Below the pieces are notes generated by a model. The model ran no database searches, had not been told where the DNA came from, and saw only the letters and a list, made by a program, of their open reading frames with translations. Shown here piece after piece: positions 10,417 to 20,919 of a DNA stretch of 64,000 bases (the first letter of the stretch is position 1; the number at the start of each line of letters is the position of its first letter). Source of the stretch: Polyangiaceae bacterium (lineage in GTDB: Bacteria; Myxococcota_A; Polyangia; Polyangiales; Polyangiaceae); contig JANRKO010000006.1 of assembly GCA_033763455.1 (NCBI GenBank), positions 576,001-640,000 on the forward strand, written 5' to 3'. A program made the translations under genes and the position numbers.

Positions 10417-12285
10417 CTAACGGACTTCGCGAAAAGCATCAAGTGTGGGTAGCGTCACCGAGAAATAGGCGCCGATAGGCTTCTGTTCGCGCACGGCAAC
10501 CGTTCCGTGGTGCAATTCGACGACGGAACGGGCAACTCGGAGCCCTAGCGCCAGGCCCCGGTGTTCGCCCACGCCTGGTTGTTTGCTTGGATCAAGCACG
10601 GCCAATAGCTTCTTGCGAGTGAGCCCCGCTTCGGGGATTTCAATGTCCATGCGGATCCGATCGTGAGTCACGCGGACAACATGGACGCGTACGATGGGGC
10701 CCTTGGCTGTGCGGATAGCGTAGCCGATGAAGGTGCCTAGAGCGCGTGGCAAGCGGATTCTGTCGATCAGCATTTGAGGGCGCTCTTTGGGGAGGGCCGT
10801 GACGATCTCCACTTTGCTTTCACCGCCGAGATAACGTCCGATTTCGTTGGATTGCTCCACCATGGCGTCGATCTCAGCGACTTCTGGCAGTAGGGTTAGA
10901 AGGCCCGCCTCTACACGCGCGGCGTCGAGGATGGTTTCAATGAGCGCCAGGAGTTCCTTGCCGCGCCTTTCGATTACTCCGAGGCTTTCTGCTTGGGCTT
11001 GGCTTATGACGTCCGTCTGGCGCACCAATTCGGTGAAGCCCAAAATGGCGTTGAGGGGGCTCTTCAGATCGTGGCTCACGCTCGCGAAGAATAGGCCACG
11101 CATTTTGGCCGCGCGCTCCCTGGCGTCGATGGCTCGTTCTTGCGCGCGCGAGAATTGTCGAAACCTTGCGGCGAGCTCTTCGATGCTGTCGCCGAGCTCG
11201 GAGATGGCTGTAAAGGTTGCTTTTTGGAAAGCCGCTGGGTAGTTGCTGGGGAGAGTTTCGGTACCGAGTAGGCGCACTCGCCGAGCGACGAGCACGAGAT
11301 CGCGCCGCAAAATGTGTCCAAGGGCCAGGCCAGCGGCGGCGGCAGCGAGGACCGCTCCTAACGACAAGAGGAGAGTGTTTTCGCTTAATGCGCGAACCGA
11401 TGAACTCTTGAAGCGAACCTCAGCGCCACCGTGATCCAAAGGGGTCGTGAGCAGAACGAGGCTGTCCTGTCCGCGCTTGATGGAGTACGCTGTCCGCCCT
11501 TCCAACATTTGGGCGGAGAAACCGAGAGAGCGTGCGCGCAGAAGGGCGGGGTTTAGGCCCGCGGCGGGTACGACGCCAGGGCTTTCCTCGAGCACTGAGC
11601 GGGCAAAAGCGCGAGCAGTTTCTTCGCGCGCCAATTCGTCCGCTCGGCGAAGGTGTGCGTTGACGATCAAGGCCGCGCCCAGGGAAAGTACGCCTACGGG
11701 GGTGAGCACTGCTGCGAGCAAGCGTCGCGCCACGTGCTGACGAACGTACCCGTCGTGCTCGGCGAGCTCGGCGAGGTCGCGCATGGCCGCAGGCGGTGAA
11801 AGCTCAAGCGCGCGCAGCACATTCAAGCGGAGCAGGAGAAATAGGGGCAAGGAGACCGTCGAGATCATGATGACCCCGAGCAGCGACAGCGTAATGCCAG
11901 ACGCCAGATCTAAGACATCTGGGCGCCACAGCGTAACGCTCAAGACGGCGCCAGCGGTGGAGGGTAGAACCCAAGCCCAAACAAGTCGCGCAGGCTCATC
12001 ACTCAGCCTGCCGAGATCGTCAGCTTCGATCGATGTGGATTGTAAGGCTAGTGCACGGAGCACGAAGCGATAGCGGCGAAGCCTCAGGAAATTCCAACAA
12101 ATGGCGACAAGGCCGCCGGCTACAAGCCCCAGGGAAAGGGCGACGGCGCCGTACACCGAGGGCGCACCCTGAAGCAGCACGAGATGTGAAGACAAAAGAG
12201 CCACAAGTCCGCTTGCCGAGAGTGAGGCAAGCAGCTGCCAGGCTAAGACCCGCCGGACTAAACGTTGGGCGTTAGAGAGCATCAA
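10417..12285 (-). CDS. Membrane sensor histidine kinase-like protein with degenerate ATPase domain
   Basis: Multiple TMs; H-box SVSHDLKSPLNAI; N-box Asn and G1 DxGxG not recognisable. Confidence 0.8.
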   Translation of the reverse strand: MMLSNAQRLVRRVLAWQLLASLSASGLVALLSSHLVLLQGAPSVYGAVALSLGLVAGGLVAICWNFLRLRRYRFVLRALALQSTSIEADDLGRLSDEPARLVWAWVLPSTAGAVLSVTLWRPDVLDLASGITLSLLGVIMISTVSLPLFLLLRLNVLRALELSPPAAMRDLAELAEHDGYVRQHVARRLLAAVLTPVGVLSLGAALIVNAHLRRADELAREETARAFARSVLEESPGVVPAAGLNPALLRARSLGFSAQMLEGRTAYSIKRGQDSLVLLTTPLDHGGAEVRFKSSSVRALSENTLLLSLGAVLAAAAAGLALGHILRRDLVLVARRVRLLGTETLPSNYPAAFQKATFTAISELGDSIEELAARFRQFSRAQERAIDARERAAKMRGLFFASVSHDLKSPLNAILGFTELVRQTDVISQAQAESLGVIERRGKELLALIETILDAARVEAGLLTLLPEVAEIDAMVEQSNEIGRYLGGESKVEIVTALPKERPQMLIDRIRLPRALGTFIGYAIRTAKGPIVRVHVVRVTHDRIRMDIEIPEAGLTRKKLLAVLDPSKQPGVGEHRGLALGLRVARSVVELHHGTVAVREQKPIGAYFSVTLPTLDAFREVR

Positions 12286-13778
12286 AACCCCGGCAAACGG
12301 TGGCGGGAGCTCGCCGTGAGGATGGGGGGGATCTCCGGGGGCATGTCTTTGGCGTCGGGGGGAAGTCGCGGCAGAAGCACGGCAAAGCTTGAACCCACGC
12401 CGAGTTCGCTTTGTAGGCCAATGGAGCCGCCATGCATCTGAACCAGGCGCCGGGTAATAGCTAAGCCGAGGCCCGTTCCGACGCGTTGCGTGCTCACTTC
12501 ACCCGACTGCCGGTACTCCTCAAAAATAGACTCCTGCTCGGAGCGGGGGATGCCGGGGCCCGTGTCGGTAACCAACAAACCGACGTACGCATCCCGGGGC
12601 TCCACACTCACGACCACATGACCGCCGCTGGTAAACTTTACCGCGTTGCCAACGATGTTAGTGAGGATCTGGCGCACGCGCCGCGGATCGACTCTCGCGG
12701 TAGCGGTGCTGCCGAGAAGTACGAGAGCCAGCCCTTTTTTAGCAGCTGCCGCTTGTAGTTCTTTTACCACTTCGGCGGCGATCGTGTAGACGTCCGAGTC
12801 CTGACGGCTAAGGCGAAGTTCCCCTGATTCGAGCGCTGAGAGATCCAAGATGTCATCGATAAGCGCAGCCAGGTGCTCGCCGCTGCTACGAACCTGCGCG
12901 AGGTTTTCGGTTGCATCCAAGCTGAGCGGACCATCTACCTCACTCAGCAAAATGTCGGTGAATCCGAGAATGGCGTTGAGTGGGGTGCGAAGTTCGTGGC
13001 TCAGAGCTGCGACGAACGCACTGCGATCTTTGTCGTAGGCGAGCGCTCCGTCCAAATCTTGACCGTAAGCGCGTTCGGCGGCCTCAAATCGATCCACGAC
13101 GATATTGAATGCATTGGTGAGCAACCCCACTTCATCGATAGCGCGAACCGGGATTACTTTCCCCGATGGTGCAGCTCCTTCCCGCGCCATTTCCGCGATT
13201 CGGGCACGCATGTAGGTAACGTCAGCGCGAACGTCGCGTGCAAACGTGAAACCAACAAGCGCCGAAACACCCACGAGGATGGCCGTGAGCGTGGCGAGGG
13301 AGGTGATGAGCGAGCGGGTTGTAACTGGAGTTTCCGGGGCCGGAACAAACGCAATGAGGGAAAGATGAGTAAGTGGCTGAGGTAGGGGATGTGCGTAGTA
13401 GCGCGTGCGACCGAGTTTGGTGGCGGTTTGCCCGGCTCCAGCGATGAGGAGTGACTCTATCTGGCTTCTACTGGGAGCGGAGAGAGCGGCATCCACCACG
13501 ATTGCGCCGTCCTGACGTACGAGCAGCATGTCCGTGCCGGAACGTCGCGTAGCGCGTTCGAGAAACACCCGCCGGTCCTCTTCGGGCGTCGCGCGTAGGC
13601 GTTCAACCAGTGTTTCAACCAGGAGCTGTGCACGCAGGGCCGCGGCGTTGTCGCTCTGGGCTACCAAGTCCCGCACGCCCAAGGCCCCAATGGCGAGCGC
13701 CGTGCAAAGGCCCAAGAGCACCACTATCGCCGGCGCGATCACGACAAACGAAAGGCGGATGCGAGCGAATCTACGCAT
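12282..13778 (-). CDS. Membrane sensor histidine kinase (HAMP-HisKA-HATPase)
   Basis: SHELRTPLNAI, NIVGNAVKFT, DTGPGI, GTGLGL. Confidence 0.93.
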   Translation of the reverse strand: MRRFARIRLSFVVIAPAIVVLLGLCTALAIGALGVRDLVAQSDNAAALRAQLLVETLVERLRATPEEDRRVFLERATRRSGTDMLLVRQDGAIVVDAALSAPSRSQIESLLIAGAGQTATKLGRTRYYAHPLPQPLTHLSLIAFVPAPETPVTTRSLITSLATLTAILVGVSALVGFTFARDVRADVTYMRARIAEMAREGAAPSGKVIPVRAIDEVGLLTNAFNIVVDRFEAAERAYGQDLDGALAYDKDRSAFVAALSHELRTPLNAILGFTDILLSEVDGPLSLDATENLAQVRSSGEHLAALIDDILDLSALESGELRLSRQDSDVYTIAAEVVKELQAAAAKKGLALVLLGSTATARVDPRRVRQILTNIVGNAVKFTSGGHVVVSVEPRDAYVGLLVTDTGPGIPRSEQESIFEEYRQSGEVSTQRVGTGLGLAITRRLVQMHGGSIGLQSELGVGSSFAVLLPRLPPDAKDMPPEIPPILTASSRHRLPGF

Positions 13779-14424
13779 CGTTCGGATCTACGGCCAGCTT
13801 GCCAAACACGGCGTGATCTAGCCAACGCGAGCTCACGAATTCGGCTTGGCGTGCGATGCCTTCAAACCGAAAACCGAGGCGCGATATCACTCGAAGGCTT
13901 GGGTAATTGTCAGTTGCCGCCGCGCAGCGAATGCGGTGCATGCCCATGCGCATGAAAGCGAAGTCGATACACGCGGAAGCTGCCTCGGTCATAATGCCTT
14001 TTCCGGTTACTGTCCGCTTGAGCCAGTAGCCTAGCTCCGACGAGCGGTGCAGGTGCACGCAGGCATCGAGCCCCACAATCCCCAGAAAGTCGGAAGTTGC
14101 GTGGTCGCGTATGGAAAAACGCACGGCGCGGCCAAGGTCCCAATCGTGAGCGCATGCGTCGGCGAAACGCCCACTGGCCTCGGGGGTGTTGTTGAAAGGC
14201 ACCCACGGCAACCAGCGCTCCAGGTGCCAGCGCGAACTTTCAATAGCTTCCCAGAGCTCGGGTGCATCCGCCTTCTCGACAGGAGCGAGCCTGAGGCGCC
14301 GAGTCGTGAGCGGGCGGCGCTTGAGGGACATCCGCGACGGGATCGAGAGGCCAACGGGGACCTCTGCAACGGCGTTCGCCTCGAACGCCGCTCGAAATCC
14401 GCCGCTGTCGTCTTTTACTGACAT
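13771..14424 (-). CDS. GNAT N-acetyltransferase, RimJ/RimL family
   Basis: TRRLRL, ELGYWL, GKGIMTEA, NYPSLRVISRLGFRFEG; alternative start ATG 14331. Confidence 0.9.
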   Translation of the reverse strand: MSVKDDSGGFRAAFEANAVAEVPVGLSIPSRMSLKRRPLTTRRLRLAPVEKADAPELWEAIESSRWHLERWLPWVPFNNTPEASGRFADACAHDWDLGRAVRFSIRDHATSDFLGIVGLDACVHLHRSSELGYWLKRTVTGKGIMTEAASACIDFAFMRMGMHRIRCAAATDNYPSLRVISRLGFRFEGIARQAEFVSSRWLDHAVFGKLAVDPNDA

Positions 14425-16904
14425 TCAGTCCTAAGGGCGAAGGCCTCCAAGTGGCCGGCCTCAAAATCTCGCCAAGCAACATACCACAGTCCCGGCCGCT
14501 CCCCAGGGGCGACGGCCGGATGCGGCTGCGCTCCGGTGACGCGAGTCAACACTGTGGCTGGGCCAAGCCCCTCCCTGGTCAGCGCGGCCAGCTTCAGCCG
14601 AGCCTGGTCAAACCAAACTACGACCGACACTGCTCCGTTGTGGGCTACCATCGGGCGAGACCCTGTAGCTGAAATCTGACGTCGCCAAGCTGTAGATCCA
14701 CCGCTGGTAAGGTGCGCTAGAGTGGCGTTTTCGGTACCTGTGTCCCACGCTAAGAAGCAAGCCCCCGCGGAGTTGCAGTCCAGTTGAGGTTGAGAATTCC
14801 TGCCATCGGCATCGCTTACGGTGGAAAGCTCGCCCACATGCAGATCTACGGGGTCCGCACCGGGAGCGACTTCTGGGGCGCGTCCTAGGACGCCGTCGCG
14901 CCACTTCGGATCGGACACATCAATCAGGAGTTGCTGGATCTGGTAGCGCACGGGTGTGAGTTCCTGCGAAAAGGCGAGCCGAAGCTTCGAGCCCGTGGCG
15001 GCGAGGGTGGGCTTGGCGACGCCACGCGTGACGCCTGGCCGGAAGCGTGGCGCTAGGGTGATAACCCGAGTGGCTGGGCCGGTCGGTGCGAGCCCCGGGT
15101 TTACCTGGCGCACTAGCAACGAGACACTGCCGTCCGTATTCGCTTCTTCCCAGGTGAACCACAAATCCCCGGTAGGGGAGAGGGCAACGGCTGGGGAGAA
15201 GGGATAACGTTTGGCGGCGGACAGGCGCGTGGCGGGGCCAAGAGAATGGTGCGCGAAATCCCACGCTCGCACAAATAGGCCAGGCTCCACCCCGGAGTCT
15301 GAGTAGACAACAACGACGCGGTCCTTGAATTGGAGCAGAATGGGGTCGCTTGCGGCGGAAGCTTCGGGAGTGAGCACATACGGCACGGAAACGCGTCTCA
15401 ATGCGTTATCCAGGAAGGCCGCGGAAATCTGGCGCTTGTCGGCCTCGCGCGAGTTGTCAGCCCAAGCCACCAGGGCCCCCTCGGTGGTCCAGCTTATGGC
15501 CGGGCGTGACGCTGGCTTTAACACGTCGAACGGTCGAGGGCGCCCGAGGCCGGTAACCTGACAGCGATTGGCCGAATCCCGGCTCTGCTCGACAATGATT
15601 TCCGAGCGCTGCAAAAGTGAGCGAGCAACCGGCGCCTGCCCGAGATCTACGGCGGCTTGAAATTGCTTCAGGGCTTCGGCCGATTGCCCCTGACTCATGC
15701 TGAGTTGGGCGGCATTGATCTTCAGGGCGTAGCCCTCTTTTTCGAGGGGAACCGCAACTCGGGTTGCGGTGGGCACAGGCTCTGCAGGTTGGAACACGAA
15801 CAGCCACGCGATGTAGCCCCCAAGGGCTGCTGCGAGTGCGCCCAGGGCTAGCCGCATCGGCCACACGCTGCGTACACGAGGGGGCTCCGCGCCCATGGGC
15901 AGGGGATGCGGTGAAGCCACGGGTTGGGGTGACGCGAGAGGTTCTGAAAGGTGACCGAAGCTTGGAGCCGAGCGGGGCACAACGGGTGGAGCTAAATCTG
16001 TGTCGCCCAGTAGGTCCGCTTCTGTCACGTCGGGCAGAAGCGCGCGATGTAGCGTTTCTGCCAGCTCTCGGGGCGTTTGGAAGCGCTCTTCAGGGAGACG
16101 GCTCAAGGCACGGGCTAACCACGCGTCAAAACCCGGGGGCAAATCGGGGAACAGGATCGAGGGCTGCGGCACAGGCGCTGCGGCTATCTGAGCCAGAATC
16201 ATGGCCACCCCTTGGTCGACGTTCCACACTGTTTTCCCCGTCAGGCATTCGTAGACAATGCAACCAAGTGCCCAGAGATCGGCGCGATGATCCACCCCGC
16301 CATGACCCTTGGCCTGCTCGGGGCTCATATACGCTGGGGTACCAAAGAGCGCTCCCTCACGCGTTAACCTGACGTTCTCGCCGTCACCTTCGTAGAATTT
16401 GGCTAGCCCGAAGTCTACCAGCTTGGTGAGCAGGCGGCCGTCTTCGTCTTTGGTGAGGAAGATGTTTTCAGGTTTGAGATCACGATGGATCACCCCCGCT
16501 TGGTGCGCCTTCGCGAGCCCCCGAGCCGTCTGTTCGATGACAGTTAGGGTTGTCGCTACGTCCATGCGACGCACGCGGGTTAACCTCTCATACAGGCTTT
16601 CCCCCTCAAGAAGCTCCATTACAAGGAACGGGCGCTCTTGGTACATGCCCGAATCGTAGACTTCGCAGATGTGTGGGCTGCGGATGGCCGCCGCGGCTCG
16701 TGCTTCCCGCAGGAAGCGTTCGCGCACAACACGTGAGGTCACCAAATCTTGCGAGAGCAGCTTCACGGCAACGCGCTTGCCGATGTCGACATGAACCGCT
16801 TCGTAAATCACGGCCATCCCGCCGCGGCCTACCTCGCGGGTTATGCGAAATTTGCCTTCTAAGACGGTACCGACCGGAAGCTCGGACTGTGTGGTGGCCG
16901 TCAT
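14415..16904 (-). CDS. Membrane Ser/Thr protein kinase with large extracytoplasmic beta-rich domain
   Basis: GRGGMA, VAVK, HRDLKPEN, DFG, GTPAYMSPE; TM segment LALGALAAALGGYIAWLFVF. Confidence 0.93.
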   Translation of the reverse strand: MTATTQSELPVGTVLEGKFRITREVGRGGMAVIYEAVHVDIGKRVAVKLLSQDLVTSRVVRERFLREARAAAAIRSPHICEVYDSGMYQERPFLVMELLEGESLYERLTRVRRMDVATTLTVIEQTARGLAKAHQAGVIHRDLKPENIFLTKDEDGRLLTKLVDFGLAKFYEGDGENVRLTREGALFGTPAYMSPEQAKGHGGVDHRADLWALGCIVYECLTGKTVWNVDQGVAMILAQIAAAPVPQPSILFPDLPPGFDAWLARALSRLPEERFQTPRELAETLHRALLPDVTEADLLGDTDLAPPVVPRSAPSFGHLSEPLASPQPVASPHPLPMGAEPPRVRSVWPMRLALGALAAALGGYIAWLFVFQPAEPVPTATRVAVPLEKEGYALKINAAQLSMSQGQSAEALKQFQAAVDLGQAPVARSLLQRSEIIVEQSRDSANRCQVTGLGRPRPFDVLKPASRPAISWTTEGALVAWADNSREADKRQISAAFLDNALRRVSVPYVLTPEASAASDPILLQFKDRVVVVYSDSGVEPGLFVRAWDFAHHSLGPATRLSAAKRYPFSPAVALSPTGDLWFTWEEANTDGSVSLLVRQVNPGLAPTGPATRVITLAPRFRPGVTRGVAKPTLAATGSKLRLAFSQELTPVRYQIQQLLIDVSDPKWRDGVLGRAPEVAPGADPVDLHVGELSTVSDADGRNSQPQLDCNSAGACFLAWDTGTENATLAHLTSGGSTAWRRQISATGSRPMVAHNGAVSVVVWFDQARLKLAALTREGLGPATVLTRVTGAQPHPAVAPGERPGLWYVAWRDFEAGHLEAFALRTECQ

Positions 16905-16920
16905 GAAAGGGGACTCGAGC

Positions 16921-17949
16921 TTAGCTCGCTAGCAAAAGTCGGTTCAATTTGTCAGGGAGAATGTCTGAGGCGCCAGCTGTAAGGCACGCAATTGGGGCGG
17001 AAGAAAGGGTGTGCCAGTAAAGCACCCTCAGCGGGCGGCCCTCGGGCCTGGCCACCTCGGGACGCGGGATCGGCCGGCGAGTTCCGTCGAGGCTTGGATG
17101 GTCCACCAAGCGGAGTGCGGCGGCGAACGCCTTAGCCGTGTAACTCAAGTCTAGGCGCAGGCCCTGTTCCAAGGCCACTTCGAACGCGCGCTCTCCGGCG
17201 ACAGTCGGCTCGGCATAGCCCGCACCAAGGAAGCGATTTTCCACGACGAGGCGTCGGTTGAGCTCGCCGAGGGGCGGCCTTTGGTCGCGCCTAAGCGCCT
17301 GGTGTGCGAGGCCCAAAAGCCACGGCCGCGTCACGGGGCCCAGCTGGGCAATCGTTACCCCGAGCACCACGCTTGATACTTGCGCGGAGGCTAGCCCGGC
17401 TAACAGCCCCGCGGTTGTTCCGCCCGAACCCAGCGCAACCACGATCACGTCGGGCTCCGGAAGCTCTCCGGCATCGATCTGGGCTTTCAGCTCGAAAGCG
17501 GCCGCAACGTAACCTCTGGTGCCTGGCACGTTGGTGGAGCCAAGAGGGATGAGGTAGTCCTTTCGACGAAGCAGCTTGGCTGTTGCAACCGGAAGCTGCC
17601 AGCCGTGCTCAACCGGATGCACCTCGATCCCCAAGGCAACGGCGGCGCGAAGCATGTTGAACGCATGGGGTGACCAAGGTTGCGGACAAAGAGCGCAAGC
17701 GGCCTCTAGGCCTAACTTCTTGGCGAAAAGGGCAGTTGCGACTGCTTGGTGGCTACCGGCAGCGCCAAGGGTGACAAGCCGACGGGCGCCCTTCGCCACA
17801 GCACGCTCCAGAATCGGCTCCAGCTTCCTCACTTTGTTGCCGCCGAATTCCGGATGGGTGGCGCCGTCGTCTTTCACGAAGAGCTCGCCTGATGAGGTCC
17901 ACAGTGCCTCCAGAGCCCGAACCCCAGTTGGGTAGACACCAAGCTTCAA
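16921..17949 (-). CDS. PLP-dependent D-cysteine desulfhydrase/ACC deaminase family protein
   Basis: FVKDD, GGNKVRKLE PLP-lysine motif, GSGGTTAG, YTAKA. Confidence 0.87.
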   Translation of the reverse strand: MKLGVYPTGVRALEALWTSSGELFVKDDGATHPEFGGNKVRKLEPILERAVAKGARRLVTLGAAGSHQAVATALFAKKLGLEAACALCPQPWSPHAFNMLRAAVALGIEVHPVEHGWQLPVATAKLLRRKDYLIPLGSTNVPGTRGYVAAAFELKAQIDAGELPEPDVIVVALGSGGTTAGLLAGLASAQVSSVVLGVTIAQLGPVTRPWLLGLAHQALRRDQRPPLGELNRRLVVENRFLGAGYAEPTVAGERAFEVALEQGLRLDLSYTAKAFAAALRLVDHPSLDGTRRPIPRPEVARPEGRPLRVLYWHTLSSAPIACLTAGASDILPDKLNRLLLAS

Positions 17950-18024
17950 ACCGCCACCTTAGCAATAAGCAAGTTATTTCGCGACCTAATCAGGCCGCTT
18001 CCCCTTCCGCTGGAAACGAAGTGA

Positions 18025-18510
<486 letters not shown>

Positions 18511-18549
18511 TATTTACCCGCTAACCGAGCGCGGGAGAACGGCCTAGGC

Positions 18550-19962
18550 ATGGATCCCAAGCAGGTTATAGCGCTGGGCGCAGAACATGGCGCCATAATG
18601 GTGGATCTCAAGTTTGTAGATCTACCGGGCAAGTGGCAACACACCAGCGTCCCGTTCGAGCAACTGAGCATTGAGCGGTTTGAGGAGGGATTCGGGTTTG
18701 ATGGTTCCTCGATTCGAGGATTCCAGCCCATCAATCAGAGCGACATGTTGCTCATCCCGGATCCCGCCACCGCCGTGATGGACCCTTTTACTCGGCATCC
18801 GACGCTCAGCCTCGTGTGCACGGTAGAAGATACGCTCACACGCCAGAGTTATTCTCGGGATCCGCGGCACATCGCCCGCAAGGCCGAGGCCTATTTGCGC
18901 TCAACTGGCATCGCGGACACAGCCTATTTCGGGCCTGAAGCTGAGTTTTTCGTGTTCGATGATGTCCGCTACGAAGTGGGGCCCAACGCGTCTTTCTACC
19001 AGGTGGAGTCCAGCGAAGCCGAGTGGAACACTGGTCGGGCGGAGGCTCCGAACCTGGGGCACAAGATTCGGTACAAGGAGGGCTATTTCCCCTGCCCGCC
19101 GAATGATAGCCTGATGGATCTTCGCACAGAGATGTGCCTGGAGATGAAGAAGGTAGGCATCGAGGTGGAGGTGAGCCACCACGAAGTTGCCACGGCAGGC
19201 CAAGGCGAAATCGACATGCGCTTCGACAGCCTACTCCGCATGGCTGATAAGCTGATGTGGTTCAAACACATTGTGAAGAATGTGGCTCACCGAAATCAGA
19301 AGACGGCCACCTTTATGCCTAAGCCACTCGCCGGTGATAACGGCAACGGGATGCACTGCCATCAGTCCCTGTGGAAAGAGGGCAAGCCACTCTTTGCAGG
19401 GGACGGCTATGCGGGCTTGAGCGAGATGGCGCTGTGGTACATGGGAGGCATTTTGAAGCATGCCCATGCCCTTGCCGCGCTCACCAACCCCACCACCAAC
19501 AGCTACAAGCGCATCGTGCCAGGGTTCGAGGCACCGGTGAATTTGGCGTATTCCAGCCGCAACCGCTCTGCGGCGATAAGGATTTCCACGTATTCGGTTT
19601 CGCCCAAGGCACGGCGCTTGGAGCTTCGCTTCCCGGACGCAACGTGCAACCCGTACCTAGCTTTCCCTGCGATGTTGTTGGCGGGCTTGGATGGCATCAA
19701 GAATCGAATTGACCCTGGGGATCCGCTCGACAAAGACATCTACGCGCTCTCTCCCGAAGAGCTGAAAAGCGTGGCTCGGCTGCCGGCGTCTCTTGAGGAG
19801 GCTCTGGACGCACTGGAGCGGGATCACGAGTTCTTGCTTCAGGGTGATGTATTTACTCGCGATGCGATAGATATGTGGATTGAGCAGAAGCGCGAACGAG
19901 ATGTGGCCGCTTCGCGCAGCTATCCGACGCCGCTCGAATATCGGATGTATTTTGACGCTTGA
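18550..19962 (+). CDS. glnA: Glutamine synthetase type I
   Basis: [42 protein letters not shown] adenylylation loop. Confidence 0.97.
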   Translation: MDPKQVIALGAEHGAIMVDLKFVDLPGKWQHTSVPFEQLSIERFEEGFGFDGSSIRGFQPINQSDMLLIPDPATAVMDPFTRHPTLSLVCTVEDTLTRQSYSRDPRHIARKAEAYLRSTGIADTAYFGPEAEFFVFDDVRYEVGPNASFYQVESSEAEWNTGRAEAPNLGHKIRYKEGYFPCPPNDSLMDLRTEMCLEMKKVGIEVEVSHHEVATAGQGEIDMRFDSLLRMADKLMWFKHIVKNVAHRNQKTATFMPKPLAGDNGNGMHCHQSLWKEGKPLFAGDGYAGLSEMALWYMGGILKHAHALAALTNPTTNSYKRIVPGFEAPVNLAYSSRNRSAAIRISTYSVSPKARRLELRFPDATCNPYLAFPAMLLAGLDGIKNRIDPGDPLDKDIYALSPEELKSVARLPASLEEALDALERDHEFLLQGDVFTRDAIDMWIEQKRERDVAASRSYPTPLEYRMYFDA

Positions 19963-20870
19963 GACTGAACCGAGTGGCAAATAGCTGCCATAGGTATGGA
20001 GTCATCTTTCTGCTGGCTTTCCAGCTCAACGCTTGTTCTGCCAAGCGGAAGGCTCCGAGCGAAAGTGCTTTACCCAAAGTCCAGAGTTGCGGCAACATTG
20101 CCTGCTATCGATTCGCATCTCCTGAGGCCGCTTTTGAGTTCGTTCTGGCCCAAAAACCGCGCGTGCTCGCCCTGGGGGAGACCCACGCGCTGAAAGGAAT
20201 GGCCACCGTGCCATCGGCAACAAGGAGATTCACCGAGCAACTTTTGCCGAAGCTGAAGTCCAACGCGAGCGATCTGGTGCTGGAGCTCACCGTGGCCAGC
20301 GGCCGCTGCGGTCAGAGCGAGGTGGCGGTGGCAGAAAAGCAAAAACCTGTAATCGAAGCCCAAGCACCGACGGACCAGAACGAGTTCGTTCGCCTCGGCC
20401 AAGCCGTAAAGGCCTTAGGCCTAAGGTTGCACGTGCTCCGGCCGTCATGTGAGCAGTATCGGGGCATCGCCAGGGCCGGGGAGGACGCAATGTTGCAGAT
20501 GCTAGAGCTCATCCGGAATCTCACCGCCGCGCGCGTTACCGAGCTTCTGGCGGTGGCCAAGGGAACCCCACCCAGTCCGCCCCTCGTAGTGACTTACGGC
20601 GGCGCCATGCACAACGACCTCTTCCCGCGAGAGGGAAGAGAGTCCTTCAGCTTTGGCCCTGAGCTCGCAGACAAAACGAAGGGTCGTTACGTTGAGCTCG
20701 ACCTAATCGTGCGTGAATTCATCTCCAACTCCCCGGCCTGGCAGGCGCTCCCTTGGTATTCCAAGTTTGATCGCACCCTATGGGCCGACCAGACGCTGCT
20801 GCTTGCGGCAGCACCGAACTCCTGGGTTCTCGTTTTCGCTCGGAGCAAAGCACCAGCCGCGGCCAACTAG
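19959..20870 (+). CDS. Hypothetical lipoprotein, possibly EreA/ChaN-like fold
   Basis: Lipobox-like [12 protein letters not shown] and YGGAMH resemble the GExH / GxxH motifs of the EreA-ChaN-Tiki superfamily. Confidence 0.55.
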   Translation: MRLNRVANSCHRYGVIFLLAFQLNACSAKRKAPSESALPKVQSCGNIACYRFASPEAAFEFVLAQKPRVLALGETHALKGMATVPSATRRFTEQLLPKLKSNASDLVLELTVASGRCGQSEVAVAEKQKPVIEAQAPTDQNEFVRLGQAVKALGLRLHVLRPSCEQYRGIARAGEDAMLQMLELIRNLTAARVTELLAVAKGTPPSPPLVVTYGGAMHNDLFPREGRESFSFGPELADKTKGRYVELDLIVREFISNSPAWQALPWYSKFDRTLWADQTLLLAAAPNSWVLVFARSKAPAAAN

Positions 20871-20919
20871 GGAATGTCGGGTTGCTCCACGCCCGGGCCT
20901 TGGGATATCCCGGGGGCTC

